This document shows positions 39,629 to 54,423 of a stretch of DNA of 64,000 nucleotides, piece after piece. This DNA comes from Proteromonas lacertae (taxonomy: Eukaryota): contig NGBS01000896.1 of assembly GCA_002245135.1 (NCBI GenBank), forward strand, positions 1-64,000. The letters are read 5' to 3'. The notes under the pieces are model-generated. The model was not told where the DNA came from and made no database searches. It saw only the letters and a program-made list of their open reading frames with translations. Each line of letters starts with the position of its first letter. The first letter of the stretch is position 1. Position numbers and translations under genes: made by a program.

Positions 39629-42600
39629 ATGTTCCCTTTAAGACAGTTAAAGACAATACAGTTCAGTGTATTCTCACCGGAGATAATAAGAGGATCGTCC
39701 TGCATTGATGGGCAAGGAATAGAAAGACCTGATTACAGAATAGACGGTAAATACACCGAAGGAGGTATTAATGATCCAAGATTAGGCACAATTGATAAAT
39801 TTTCAAAATGCCCAACGTGTGGTGGAGATGTTGAAACCTGTCCTGGTCATTTTGGTCACATTGAACTTGCAGAACCGATGTATCATATTGGCTTCATAGG
39901 ATACATGTATTATTAAATTAATTAATAATATTATCTATTAGTTATAAAATACTTCAATGTATATGTTTCAAATGTGCCAGATTAAGAGATGATTTAAGCT
40001 CCGAAAATCAGCTCAGTCTTAAAAGTGCCATTCTTCAGCTAGAAGGCGAGAAAAGATTAGACAGGATTTATCGTGAGTTAAAAGATATAAAAAAATGTAA
40101 ACACGAAGGTTGTGATGAATATCAACCTCGTTTTACAAAAAAAGGATTTGTTATAGAAATAGAAAGAATATTAGGAGAAGGAGGTAATGATAAAGGTAAG
40201 AAAGAGCAGTATTTTGCTAAAGATGCGTATGATTTATTAAGAAGAATGGATGAGAAAGACATTCAATTCTTAGGATTTAATATTAAGTATTCTCGTCCTG
40301 AATGGTTGATTTTAACCACTTTTCCAGTTCCACCATTACACATTCGTCCATCTGTGTTTTTACCTGGTTCTTCCAGTAAATCTGAAGATGATTTAACTTA
40401 CAAATTGAGTGATATATTAAAAGCTAATTTAGATTTAAAAGCATCCAAAGGTGAAACAACTGATAAGAGAAAAGAAAAAATGAATTTATTACAATATCAT
40501 TTAGCTACTTATGTAAATAATGAATTAAACAATGTAGCACCATCTACACAACGTGGAGGAAGACCATTAAAAACACTACGACAAAGAATAAAAGTATATA
40601 TTTTAATTTTTAATTTATAATTTATAATTAGAGTAAACATGGTAGAATAAGAGGTAATCTGATGGGAAAGAGAGTTGATTTCAGTGCAAGATCTGTTATT
40701 ACCGCAGATCCTAATATAGATATTGATGAAGTGGGTGTACCTAAATCAATGGCATTGAATTTAACCTTTCCTGAGAGAGTTACTAGTTTCAATATTGAAA
40801 GATTAAAACAGTTGGTGAGAAATGGTCCAGATACACATCCTGGTGCTAAATTTATAATAACTGATGGAGTTAGAAGAGATTTAAGATATGTTCAAGATAA
40901 GGTAAGAATATAATATATATATATTATTATTATTAATAATTTACTCATATTTTTTCTTTTCTTTTTTTAATTTAATTATATATATATCTATTTTTGATTT
41001 GAACTATTATATATAATTTACATATATAACAGAACAATCTAAGTCTCAAAGAAGGTGAAATCGTAGAACGTCATATCAATGATGGTGATGTAGTCTTATT
41101 CAACCGTCAACCATCACTCCATAAGATGAGCATCATGGGTCATAGAGTGAGAGTATTAGATTATTCAACATTCAGATTAAATCTGTCAGTTACAACACCT
41201 TATAATGCTGATTTTGATGGTGATGAAATGAATTTACACGTATTACAAACACTACCAGCAAAAGCAGAAGCATTACAACTTATGATGGTGAATAGAAATA
41301 TTGTATCACCTCAAGCCAACAAGCCTGTTATGGGAATTGTACAAGATGCATTATTAGGAAGTTATAAATTCACTAATAGAAACGTATTCTTAGAGTTAGA
41401 TATGGTAATGAACTTGTGTATGTGGATAAGGAATTGGAATGGTGAAATACCAATGCCTGCTATTATATCTAATAATCCCAAACATAAGAAGATTGGTAAA
41501 GCAAGATATAGTTATTTATGGACAGGTAAACAATTATTCTCAATGATTTTACCTGAAAGAATTAATATGAAGAAGGTTAGTGTGAAACGTATATATATAT
41601 TATTATTATATATTATATAATATATATAGCTAATTTGAAATTGGATCATAAAGCAGATACTGAAAGAGATCGTAAAAAACGTGAAGAAGAAATCCGTAAG
41701 AAGACCTACGAAATGTCTGTAGTAGATGGTTATGTATTAATTGACCAAGGCCATTTACTATGTGGTGTAATAGATAAGAGTTCAATTGGTTCAACCAGTG
41801 GTGGTATTATACATATTATAATGAATGAAATTGGACCAGATGGAGCTAAAGATTTCATGGGTCAAGTGCAAGTGTTGGTTAATTATTGGTTATTAAATCA
41901 ATCATTTACTATTGGTATTGGTGATTCTGTTGCTGATAGTTCTACATCTGAAGATATACAGAAGATTATAGAAAATTGTAAAAAGGATGTGATTAAACAG
42001 ATTCAAAAAGGTCAAAGAAATGAATTAGAAAAACAACCTGGTTTGAGTCTAATGCAAATGTTTGAATGGCTTGTAAATAGTATATTAAACACAGCAAGAG
42101 ATCAAGCAGGTTTGAAAGCTCAAGCTGATTTAGAATCTACCAATAATATCAAAGCAACAGTAGAATGTGGTTCAAAAGGTAACCATTTAAATATATCTCA
42201 AATTATTGCTTGTGTAGGTCAACAGAATTTGGAAGGTAAGAGAATTCCTTATGGATTTAGATTCAGAACATTACCTCATTTTTTTCAAGATGATTTAGGT
42301 CCAGAAAGTAGAGGTTTTGTAGAGAATTCATATTTACAAGGTTTAACTCCACAAGAATTCTTCTTCCATGCTATGGCTGGTAGAGAAGGTATTATTGATA
42401 CTGCTGTAAAGACATCACGTACTGGTTATATTCAACATAGATTGGTTAAAGCAATGGAAGATATTATAGTAGCTTATGATAGAACTGTAAGAAACAGTAG
42501 TGGGCAGATTATACAGTTTCTATATGGTGAAGATGGAATGGATGGTAGATGGATTGAATCTCAGATGATTAATATAATAGGAATGAATGATAATGAAATG

Positions 42601-45356
42601 CAAAGAAACTTTAGAATCAATGTAAATGAAACAGATTTAGGTAAGAGTAGTAAAGGATATTGGTTAAAAAAGAATATAATAAATGATTTACAATACAATG
42701 CACAAGCTCAACAGCTATTAAATGAAGAATATGAACAATTGGAGAGAGATCGATTAGACTTATTAGATATCTGCAGAATGAGAGGTGCTAATATGATTGA
42801 TGATAAGAAATTACCATTACCAGTGAATATAGAAAGATTAATAGACAATGCTAAACAGAATTACAGTGTAGGTCAAGATGCTAGTGATTTAAATCCATTA
42901 GAGATTATTACTGAAGTGAGAAAGTTGTTAGATAGTTGTGTAGTTATACCTGGTGAAGATAGATTGAGTAAAGAAGCACAATATAATGCAACTTTATTGT
43001 TTAAAATATTAGTTAGATCTTCAATGGCAAGTAAAGTGTTATTAGAAAAACATCATTTCACAAAAGATGCATTTAATTCCTTAATAAAATCAATAAAAGA
43101 GAGATTTAATATTTCAATAGCTCAACCTGGTGAAGCTTGTGGTGTAGTTGCAGCTCAATCATTGGGCGAACCAACCACTCAAATGACATTAAATACCTTT
43201 CATTATGCTGGTGTATCTAGTAAGAATGCAACTCTTGGTGTTCCTCGTTTAACCGAAATCATCAATGTAGTTGAAGAGATTAAAGCTCCATCTTGTAATA
43301 TCTATTTTAATGTAGATAAATCGACTTATGAAAAAGATGATAAAGAGGCAGAATCTAGAGCTAAAACCTATATTCAAGATATGTGGGGACAAATTGAATA
43401 TACATTATTAAAAGATATAGTTGAAAGAGTGGAGATATATTATGATCCAAACTGGAAAGAAGAAGGAGGAAGTGTTGTAGTAGAAGATCATGAAATGATA
43501 AGTAATTACTTAGAAATGCCTGATAAGAACTTTGAAAATAAAGAAGTAAGTGCTTGGTTGTTAAGATTGAAACTAAGTCGTGCATTTAATGTAAAGAAGA
43601 TAAAATTAGAACAAATTAGTGAAAAGATCAAAGAATATATGAATGGTGATTCATTAGATAATGCATTAGTGATCTGCTCTGTAGATGAAACAAAACCAGT
43701 AATTCATATTCGAATAGTAGAAAAACCTGATGAAGAAGATGATGAAGAAAATGAAAGTATGGTAGATCAATTGAAACAAATGCAAGAAGTATTATTAGAG
43801 AGAATAAAGATCTGTGGTATAAAAGGAATCAATAAGATTTATATAAACAGTAAAAGTTATAAAAAATTTGATCCACGAAATGGTTTTTTGAATATAAGTG
43901 AATGGATGGTAGAAACTGATGGAAGTAATTTAAAAGATGTAATGAAAATTGAAGAAGTAGATTTCCGTCGAACATATTCAAACAATTCCGTTGAAATATT
44001 CCGAGTATTAGGTATAGAAGCAGCTAGAGCATCTTTATTCAATGAAATTCGAAGTGTGATGTCATTTGATGGATCTTATGTGAATTACCGTCATATGGCA
44101 ATATTAGTTGATATAATGACATCTAAAGGATTCTTAATGTCAATTACTCGTCATGGTATCAACCGAACTGATAATAGTGTATTGATGAAAGCCTCCTTTG
44201 AAGAATCATTAGAAATCTTAGAAGAAGCAGCAGCAATGAGTGAAAGTGATAATGTAGTAGGTGTAAGTGCAAGTGTAATGGTTGGTAAAATCAATCCAAG
44301 TGGAACTGGTTCAATCGATTGTTATTTAGATCCAACAGTATTAGAAAGATATGCAATGGAACTTACACCAACAGAGAATATTTCATCTAATTATATTAAT
44401 CTGAATAAAGATTCATCAAATTCTCAATTTTTAACACCTTCCATTAATAAAACTCCTTATTATTCTCCCTCAATTAATAATGTATCACCTTGGCAAGGTA
44501 ATTTATCACCTGATGCTGATATAGAACAATTTAGTCCAGATATTGAATACTCTCCTGATGAAGATTCATCTCCAATATTTACTCCAAATGGTGGTATTAA
44601 TAATAGCAGTAGATATAATAATAATAATAATAATGGAAATGAATATTCACCATATACTCCATCTTCACCTATTTATACTCCTGGTAGTAGTAGTGGAGGT
44701 AGAAGTGATTCATCTTATACACCAACTAAAACAAATTCATATTCTCCTACTTCACCTCAATACAGTCCTACATCTCCACAATATTCTCCAACTAGTCCAC
44801 AGTATTCACCTACATCACCTAAATATTCACCAACATCACCACAATACTCTCCAACAAGTCCTCAATACAGTCCTACATCTCCTCAATATTCACCAACTAG
44901 TCCTCAATATTCACCAACATCACCACAGTATTCACCAACATCACCTCAATACAGCCCAACATCTCCTCAATACAGCCCAACATCTCCTCAATATTCACCT
45001 ACATCTCCACAATACTCTCCTACTTCACCTCAGTATTCTCCAACATCTCCTCAATATTCACCAACTAGTCCACAATATTCTCCAACATCACCTCAATATT
45101 CTCCAACATCACCTCAATATTCTCCAACATCACCACAGTATTCACCAACCTCACCACAATATAGTCCAACCTCACCTCAATATTCACCTACATCTCCACA
45201 ATACTCCACATCTCCTCATACTTCACCACTATCCAATACAGCCCAACATCTCCTCAATATTCACCAACTAGTCCACAATATTCACCAACTTCACCAACAT
45301 TTAGTCCAACATCACCAGAATACAGTCCAAGTTCACCTCAACATTCTCCAAGGTAA
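39629..45356 (+). CDS. RPB1: RNA polymerase II largest subunit, multi-exon
   Basis: [56 protein letters not shown], heptad CTD. The true stop is probably TAA 45354-45356, after a local frameshift at ~45205-45235. Confidence 0.99.
44740..45353 (+). repeat. 21-bp CTD heptad repeats, consensus YSPTSPQ
   Basis: 22 clean heptads at 44740-45201 (21 YSPTSPQ, 1 YSPTSPK), about 2 corrupted, then 5 more plus HSPR in another frame. Confidence 0.97.
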
Positions 45357-45911
45357 TGGAAATTGAGATAGAAATGTGAAAAGATAAAGATAATATATTT
45401 TTTATTTCTTTTTCTTTTGTTATATATTGTTTACTTTGTTTAATACTTTAAAAATAAACAATAATAATAAATCTATTCAATAATAAGCATAATAACACTG
45501 TCTAATCTATTTTGCAAACAATAAATAATATCAACTACTTAATAACAAATTATATTATACATATTACAATATCTAAATAATTTGCTTTATATTTAACTAA
45601 TTAAGTAAATCTTATCAAACACATTTTCAAATATTAATTACAACTTCATTATATGAGTTTAAGCATAATGAATATTGCCATCATATCTCTAGTAGATTTC
45701 TTTCTCAAATCACAAACTAATGTTTATATTATGAATTATAAACTATCCCATGATGTAATATTAACACCATTCATTCTAATCTAATCAATTACATTGAAAT
45801 TATCAAGAAATTAAGACAGTTTGTGAAATAAAAATCATTTTTAATTTTGGGTTATTCAAAATTTTGATAAAAATCAAATTTCGTTATTTTTGTTTATATA
45901 TTCACATAAAG

Positions 45912-48021
45912 ATGATAATAAAAGTGAATAAAAGCATAAGAGAAGAGGGGTATTTAATATATTTATATTTTATGATAGATTGTGTCGAAAATTGGTTAAA
46001 AGTGGTTTTGGTGATATAGAAGTGAAGATTGGAGATAATCGAATAATGTCAATCAAATCAATTTTAGTGAATGGAAATGAAACTGTAAAGAAACTGTTGT
46101 TAGATCGTGAGTTTGTAGGAGTTTTGGAGTTATATGAAGAAATACGAAGAAATTGGCTATTATGAGATGGAGAAATACTACAGTGGTGGTGAACTGATAA
46201 TGTGTAAAGAGAATGTGTGTGAAGTGTTGATGTTTTGTTTATGTTATTGTGAAAAAGAGATAATAAATGATTGTTATGAATTTATGAAGAATAATATAGA
46301 TGATGAAGTATTAATGAAATTAATTCATATATGTAATGTATTTCCAGGATGTTTAAGAGAGATAGAAGACTTGAAAAATATGGAAATAGAAAAGCGAGGA
46401 TATAAATATTTATATAAGAATGAATATTTGTTGAGATTAGAAATGAATAATTTGATAGAGATATTAAATATGAGAGATGTGATAATTCGAAGTGAGTTAT
46501 GGTTATTAAATCGATTATTAGAATGGTATAAATCCAAAAAGAATAGTGAAGAGATTAAAGATGATTTCAAGTGTTTAATAGAAGAAGATATCGATTGTGA
46601 AAAGATAAAAGAGAATGAAATAGAAAATGAGAAAAAAGAGATGTTGAAAGAAATGAAAATCCAATTGAAAAAGAAAGAATCAAATAACTATATCGATTTA
46701 TATGAGATAAGAGATGAAAATATACAAAATATAGTTGTGAATAATTATGTTGAAGATAATAAAGAAAAAGAATTTAGTGAAGAAGAAAAAGAAAGTTTAA
46801 TGAAGATAAAACAGGAAGAATTGAATGATAATATTATCAAGTTAATTGAAATGAATAAAATGAAGATTACAGAAATAGTATTAATGATAATAAAATACAA
46901 AAGAATGAAGATCGAAAGTATAAATGCTAAAAATATATTTTATATAGAATATATCTCAAATATTGATAAGAGAAATATATTGGATAGATTATGTTTGGAA
47001 TATAATGAGAATAAAAGAAATCGAACCAATGAAGTGTTTATGTTTATTTATAGATGATAGAAAGAATATTTCATCAATAGAAGATCATTGTGGAAAAGAA
47101 ATTCTTTTCAGTATGTTAAATGAAGATTATTATTTAAACAACACACCAAAAGAGTTAGTAGTGAACTATATAAAAGAAAATAAATTGAGTTTAAAAGAAG
47201 AAGAAGAAATGAGTGAAATAATGAAAGATAAAGAATTATTGAAAGAATTAAAAACAGAAAGAATTACTTCACTTTCATATCCTCAATTTGATTATATATT
47301 TGATGCAAATGAAGAAATCTCTATAATTCCTTCATATGATGGAAATCGATGTGAATTTTCGATAAATCCTTCCTTACCTGATGGTTTAAATATAAATAGA
47401 GAGAATGGAATAATTCATGGAAAAGTAGATAATGGATATAAAAAGAGAGAATATGAAATAAGTTGTAAAAATAATCAAAGTGAAAATAAATTCAAAATTT
47501 CATTAGAATTATTATTAGCCAGATTTATAGATATTGATGATTGTGATGTTAATATAGTATCAAATAATGGAAAATTAATGACTTGTCCATTTGAAGAATG
47601 TGATGTATATTGTTATTTAAATTTAAAAATGGAAAGTAGAGTTTATCATATCAAATATAAATATTATAAAGATAGTTATTTGTTTTTAGGTTTATCAACT
47701 AATAATACATATTCTGGAACTGGTATTGATGAGCAACCATTTACATGTAATTATGTTGCATGGAGTGTTAAAAGTGAAGATATTACTAGATATTGCCATA
47801 TTGGAAGAATCGTGAATAAAAATCCAAATTTCAATAATCATGGAGATGGTTCAATTTATGAAGTGATTATTGATATGAATAAAAGAGAATTTTCGATTAG
47901 TCATAATGATTCATCTCCTGTTTTACTTGTTAAAGATTTACCTTCTCCATTATATCCTTATGCTGATTTAGAATTGAAAAACACTTCTATTGAATTATTA
48001 TCAGCCTATCGTCAAGATTAA
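45912..48021 (+). CDS. BTB/BACK-like + putative Ig + SPRY/B30.2-like protein, paralog 2 (frameshifted in this assembly)
   Basis: Colinear homolog of 21238-23406, including ~75 bp of upstream DNA. Single-base insertions near 46141 and 47030. Confidence 0.75.
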
Positions 48022-48163
48022 CATATTTATATCTATTTACTATTTTATATTGATTTTCTATTCATCTAATTTCATTTACTTTTGTTGTTTTTTTATTTTT
48101 TCAAAATACATTTTCTCAAACATGTTTGTTATTTTTTAAATTTCAAATTGATTTTGTTTGTCT

Positions 48164-48514
48164 ATGCCTTTCTCAATCAAGATAAAAAGTATAAGAATTG
48201 TTAAAACTGTATCAAAATAGAGTATTTAATATAAATAATGAAGAATAGATTTGAAGGAGTTGGTTTTTGGTCTTGGAATATAAAAGAAGAATTTTGTGGG
48301 ATTTGTCAAAGTCCATTTGATGGTTGTTGTCCAGAATGCAATTCTCCTGGAAGTAATTGTAGAATTAGTATATAAAAATAGAAATCTATTGTATGTGATA
48401 GAAAGAGGTAGTTGTAAGCATAGTTTCCATGTTCATTGTATAGAAAAATGGTTATTATCTTCCAAAAAATGTCCACTTTGTAGAAATGTTTGGTGTGTTA
48501 GTGATAATAGTTAA
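48164..48514 (+). CDS. APC11: Anaphase-promoting complex subunit 11 (RING-H2)
   Basis: Spliced: ...[35 protein letters not shown]...[16 protein letters not shown]...CPLCRNVW. Confidence 0.85.
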
Positions 48515-48771
48515 TATTGATATGTGAAATAATAATTTAATTGTTTTTAGTATGTTACATATTTCTTGTAAAATGAATAAATAAATAATGATATTAAAAA
48601 TTACATCTCTTTCTACTAAATTTATTATGAAAAATTAAATAACAATAACCAAAATCTCAAAACACAGCAAATATCAGCATAAAATACTATATTCTATTAT
48701 AATTTCTTTCATTTACTCATTTTTGATGATTTTATTTAATTATTGGTAATTGAATGTAATTATTGTGTAAT

Positions 48772-49643
48772 TATGACAAAAATGAATAAGTGTGTTATTT
48801 TCTTGCTTGCGATAGGAATATCAATAGTAATTATATTTAAAAATGATATATACTCAATAGACAATATTTGTATGCATAAATAATGCTGTAATTCTTGACA
48901 GTTGTTGGAAAGAAAGACCAGTTAAAGCTGCAGATGATACATATGATAGATATGGATATGTAGTATAAATATATGTAAATAATATATATATATAGTTGAT
49001 AATGATAATTAATTTTCTTATTTCATCATATTACCAAAAAGATATATATAGAGGTGTATATATAACGATTTATTTTTTCATTCAACACTTTATGAGAAGG
49101 ATTCAATTAGATTATGTGATTAAATACTGTATAATTGATTATTTATATGATCATAGTGAGATATTTATTCCCATGGTCTGCATGTGGTACAAGTAAATCA
49201 ATATCAGGTCATACTCATTTGTATAATAATAAATACTGTTATTATTGAATAGTTATGTTTTTCATTTATACTCAACATTTCATGTATTATTCTATACTCC
49301 TTATTCATTGTTATTAAATATTGGATGTATAATACAATTATCATGGTGTATAACATCTTTATGTAAAACGTATTTTGGGGGATATCACAGCATGAGGCAT
49401 ATGATTTTGGGATTTTCAATAACCAATATTCTTTATTCAATGATGATTCCTTTGTTTACATTTTTGTATAAAAGATATAGGAATATAACAAAGATAGAAG
49501 TGATATTGCTATGTATATTAGTAGTTGATAGTTGTTATTTTGATATTTATTATTTTTTATATCCTTATGATGGTTAATTAGAATAATTGATGTTTTTTTC
49601 CCTATTTATATCATTTTGTGTATTGCTTATTTATGTGTCATGA
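48772..49643 (+). CDS. Multi-pass membrane protein, PAP2/FIT-like lipid phosphatase fold (exon structure uncertain)
   Basis: Hydrophobic exons; SISGHT motif (~49198-49216); TYFGGYHSMRHMILG second-His motif. Confidence 0.45.
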
Positions 49644-49745
49644 AATAATCAATAACATAAAATGTGTGATAATACATTTTTAGTTATGCTCAAGCTTGAT
49701 TACCTCAAATATTATTTTTAGTATTTTTAATCATTTTACATAAGC

Positions 49746-51534
49746 ATGAAAAATATTAGGAAAAGTTGTGGAATTGCGCTTACTTGTTCCGAAAATAGTT
49801 CATTTATAGAGAAAAAACAAAAACCGCCAAATGATAAAGTAATACATATCCCAATAAACAGTAATGCTTCAAGTGTTTCGAATGTGTTTTCATCAAAAGA
49901 TGATATAACATTTAATATCAGCAATACAAGAAGATCTATGAAAAGTAATGTAGAAATAAAAAATAAACAATCTAACCATCAGCAGACAATAGATATGCCT
50001 TACAAATCCTTAATAAGTAGTTCAAAAGATTTATCCAAAGAAATTGCAGTAGATTCTCAATCTCCAGATAGTATCAAAGCAGTAGCTGTTGTGGAAGATA
50101 ATGATCCATTTGCTGATCTTAAAGCAAGTTTTGCTGATATTAGTAAATCACCAATAAAAAAGCCACCTAATGATAAAGAGTCAAAGAAACAACAACTATC
50201 CAATAATAAACGTAAATTGCCAGCTTCAAATACAAAGCGATCAAATAAAAGATGTAAATCGTCAGTTTCAAATTCACAACCAAATGTAGAGAAAAATATA
50301 TCATCAAATGAAACTACACAACCAAAAGAAGAATGTATATTATCATCTGCAGATATACAATCAAATAAAGAAAATAATAAATTATCAACCTCGAACAAAC
50401 AATCAAATAATAGAATTAATACATCATCAATTGGAAACACACAATTAAAAGAAAGATACATTGACTTATATGCAGATGTGCAATCAAATAATAGATTTAA
50501 TACATCATCATTAGCTTCAAATTCACAACTGTATAAACAGAATAATATGTACAAATACACTTCTCAATCAAAAAATTCCTATAATGTAACTTCGCAATCA
50601 AATTACTTTTATTCAAATAAAACTAATAATAATCCTTTAAAATCATCATTTGGAGGTGGATTTAAAAATTTAGGTTTAACTTGTTATATAGGTTCAGTTT
50701 TTGCCATTTTATCACATATTGACGTATTTCTAATAGAATTGACTGAGTATAAAGATATTAGCAACAAATTAATAACAGAGTTTAAAAAAACAATAGCTAA
50801 TAGTGCTTATAATTTCATACATTATTCTGGTCCAGTGGATATAAGTAATTTCAAAAATGAATTAGATAAAGTGACAAAAGATTATAAAGATGGTCAAAAT
50901 GATGCTCATGCATTTTTAATGAGTTTGTTCACTCAATTTGAAATTAATAAATTAAATAAATTAAATGAAATATTCTTATTCAAAACTAAATCATATGGTG
51001 AATGCAATAAATGCAATGAAGCATACGAGATAAATGATCCAGATGACAATAGGTCATGTTTAATGATTGAAAATTATCAAAATGACTTAAAACTTCAATT
51101 TCAATTGGATATATTGTTTAATGATAAACCTATGCTATGTAGAAAATGTAATGAGAGTGATTGTTATAAGAAAATAACTATAGAAACACTTCCTTCAATA
51201 TTAACTATTTATTGTCATGTATATACATATATTATATTAATATACTTTATAGAGAATTACGCCTGCATATTCATTCATTTCTCCCAAAGAATCAATTCCT
51301 TTGTATTTAGATATGGAGAAATATGTATCTAACAAAAATATGGTAAATACCAAATATATCATCAAAGGAGTTATTGTCCATAAAAGTTATACTACTGGTG
51401 GTGGTCATTATATTACCTACATTTATTATGATAAGAGATGGTATGAATATGATGATGCTTATGTAAGTGTGAGATATTCAGTTCCGCCTTTAGTGAATAC
51501 TAATGCGTTTTTGTTGTTTTATGAAAGGTTGTAA
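49746..51534 (+). CDS. Ubiquitin-specific protease (peptidase C19) with disordered N-terminus
   Basis: Cys box GFKNLGLTCY, QNDAHAFL, His box HKSYTTGGGHY...WYEYDD. Confidence 0.92.
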
Positions 51535-51605
51535 TTTTTTTTTTTTTATATATTATTTTTATGTTGTAAAAAATATAAAGAAACAAAAAGTGTGTAGTAG
51601 TTTTC

Positions 51606-53353
51606 TTAATTTTCTAAAATTCTACCTAATAATTCATGAATTTTACTTTCATCTTCTTCATATTTACTAACCAACATATCATCACAATCATTTTTCAATT
51701 TATTTTGGAATATTTTCATACTGCTTTGAAGAATATTCTTTTCATCACTATTCATTTTCATTTTATCTTTTGATATTTCTTCAAAAATGTATAATAAAAT
51801 ATAACCAAATAGACAATTAATAAGACATTCATCTTCTTCATAAAGCTTTATCAATGATTGAAGTATACTAAAGAATAAAGAATACTATAAATTATATTAG
51901 TAAAAAAAAAGACATACATCGATATTATCACTATAATCAACTCCTCTATCTTTCAAATCATTAAGTATACTCATTATTAAATACAATTCACTTATTGCTG
52001 CTTCACTTTCAATTGAATAATACATTAAATACTTATGATAGAAGTATTTAATTAATTCAGATAGTTCTTTTATACCATTGTTATTGAGAAACAGTTTTAA
52101 ACCATTTTCATCATCCTATACATTCAATATATATAATTATATATATATACAATTATATTGAATAAACTTGGTAATAAGTAGATTTTTGTACATTCATTTA
52201 TAGTATTTTCTTTACTTTTATCAACAACAGTTCGTGAAAATAAATTTGGCAAAATATCATATATAGCAAGGTATTAAATTAGTATAACATTCCTTCATAA
52301 ACAATCCAATTAATTTTATACTATAAATTGTATAATTTATCAAATGTTCATCATTTTCTTTATTCAATTCAAATATTTTCTTCAAATACTCAATAATAAA
52401 GGATGAAATATCCAATAGTTTTGATTGGATTAATGCAATATCAGAATCTGTTAAATGTAAAGTAGATTCTTCATCTATTAGTTCACTTATACAGAATTCA
52501 ATAAAATGTAAATATTTTCTTATATTATGGTTGATAATCTCTATACACTTATCATCATATTGTTGATGATTTGATTTGTTTTCATTTAAATTTATTCTTT
52601 CTATATCATCATAATATACTTTAATCTCTATTGTTATAAGACTTAACAACAAAACGAATAGTGTTTCAGAAATTGATTTACATTCTATTTCAATAATAAA
52701 ATATATGAAGTGATTGATAAATATACTATTTTTCCACTCTAATGGATGATTAACTATCATTGTGATTAGTAAATTGTATATTGAATTCTTCATATTTATA
52801 GAAAGATAACATTGTAAATCTGTATATAATATTTGATAAAGATCTTGGAATTGAGATAATGAATGGTTTGGACAATCTATTAAATAGGATGTATAATTAG
52901 TATGTCATATATACGGTTTGAGTTAAGCAACGCATTTAAAAAATCAATTAATAGGAATCTGATATATAACTTTAAGTTTTTAATTAATGATATGAGGATT
53001 TTACTACTAGATTCTGACCATGTCAGTGAAGAATTACATTTTGTAACTATTTCAATCATTAAATACACTATTTTGTGCAATTCTAACTCATATCTTGAAC
53101 AACTTGCATAATTATCAAATAGATCAGAAATAAAAGAATTTGGGCTTACTTCTTTTGTCTGACTGATTTTCAGTTTATCTTCGTTCTTTTTGATACATTC
53201 ATCTAAAATTACAACCAATCTATCTAGTACAGAGCTACTTACCGAATTAAACCCCTTATCATTTATCATTTGTTGCAGTTTATTAATTTGATCATCAATA
53301 TCACCGGCAGATTCACTGATAGTAGTAAGTATTTCATCTAGATGATGATCCAT
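51606..53353 (-). CDS. Neurochondrin-like armadillo-fold protein, multi-exon
   Basis: Helical exons. LFVLLLSLITIEIKVYYD and SIKLIGLFMKE resemble conserved neurochondrin blocks. Confidence 0.6.
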
Positions 53354-53672
53354 TCAAAAATATAAAATACACTGTATTATATGTATTTAATGTATTGTTT
53401 TAAAAAGCCATATGTAGCTATTTTTGTAGTTTATGATATGTTGAGAATAAAAGTTCTAATAGTATTTTTAGAAAAAGTAACAAAACAAATTTAAGTATTT
53501 GAATTTTTTAAACATTAACTGCAAATAATAGCAAATATTATTTAATTCAAGCTTTTATTAATATTCGTATAAATTTTACATGATGATTGGCTATAGAATA
53601 TTCTTTATTCTATTTGTAAAGTCTTAACAAAAATATTCGTTTCAAAAGATATTAATTTATTGTTTTGAATAA

Positions 53673-54320
53673 ATGGCTGAATATCATATTATCTATTACA
53701 ATTGTCGAGGTCGTTCTGAAGTTTCAAGAATAGTTCTTGAACTTGCAGGTAAGACCTATGATGAAGAATATGTAGACGACAAATGGCCTGAAATGAAAAA
53801 GAAATTAACTGATTCTGGTGAAATTGCATTTGGACAAGTGCCATTATTTAAACATAATGGCAAGAACATCTGTCAAAGTTGCACAATACTAAGATATTTA
53901 GCCAGACTGTATATTTTTAGTCTTATGTTAATAGTTATGGTTACTATGGCGAAAATGAATGATGAAAAATGGCAAATTGATATGGTTGTTGATGGAACTT
54001 ACGATTTAAGATCAAAACTATATGATGCAACAATTGATAACAAAAATGCAGAAGCTGATACTAAAGTATTTGTTGAGACAGTACTTCCAACATGGCTATC
54101 TTATTTTGAAAACTTAAAGAAGAGAAATGAAGGTGATTATTTTGTAGGAAAGAAAGTATCCATAGCTGATATTGCTGTATATGATGTATTATATGAGTGT
54201 AATGTTGCTGCTAAAGGTAAAGTGTTAGAAAATGAAACTTTAAAGAAATTTATGGAATCTTTCGAAAAAATACCCAAATATGCTGAATACCGTAAGTCAT
54301 CAAGATGGCATAAAGAATAA
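53673..54320 (+). CDS. Glutathione S-transferase (Tyr-type, sigma/pi-like)
   Basis: YYNCRGRSEVSR, FGQVP, QSCTILRYLAR, YFVGKKVSIADIAVYD. A 26-nt intron at ~53909-53934 is read through by the ORF track. Confidence 0.92.
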   Translation: MAEYHIIYYNCRGRSEVSRIVLELAGKTYDEEYVDDKWPEMKKKLTDSGEIAFGQVPLFKHNGKNICQSCTILRYLARLYIFSLMLIVMVTMAKMNDEKWQIDMVVDGTYDLRSKLYDATIDNKNAEADTKVFVETVLPTWLSYFENLKKRNEGDYFVGKKVSIADIAVYDVLYECNVAAKGKVLENETLKKFMESFEKIPKYAEYRKSSRWHKE

Positions 54321-54423
54321 TTGAAATTGAAATTATATTTTATTGATTCTTATCATATTTTTTGATTTATATACAAATCCATTACGATTATAGAATAAAT
54401 AAACTTATTAACACACAGAATAT

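Noticed and set aside
44543..45271. His/Leu/Gln-rich 242-aa ORF
   Set aside because: It is an alternative frame of the RPB1 CTD repeats.
48123..48130. Blastocystis-type polyadenylation-created stop codons (TGTTTGTT motif)
   Set aside because: The motif occurs here ~100 bp after an encoded stop, and the genes I traced all end in genome-encoded stops.
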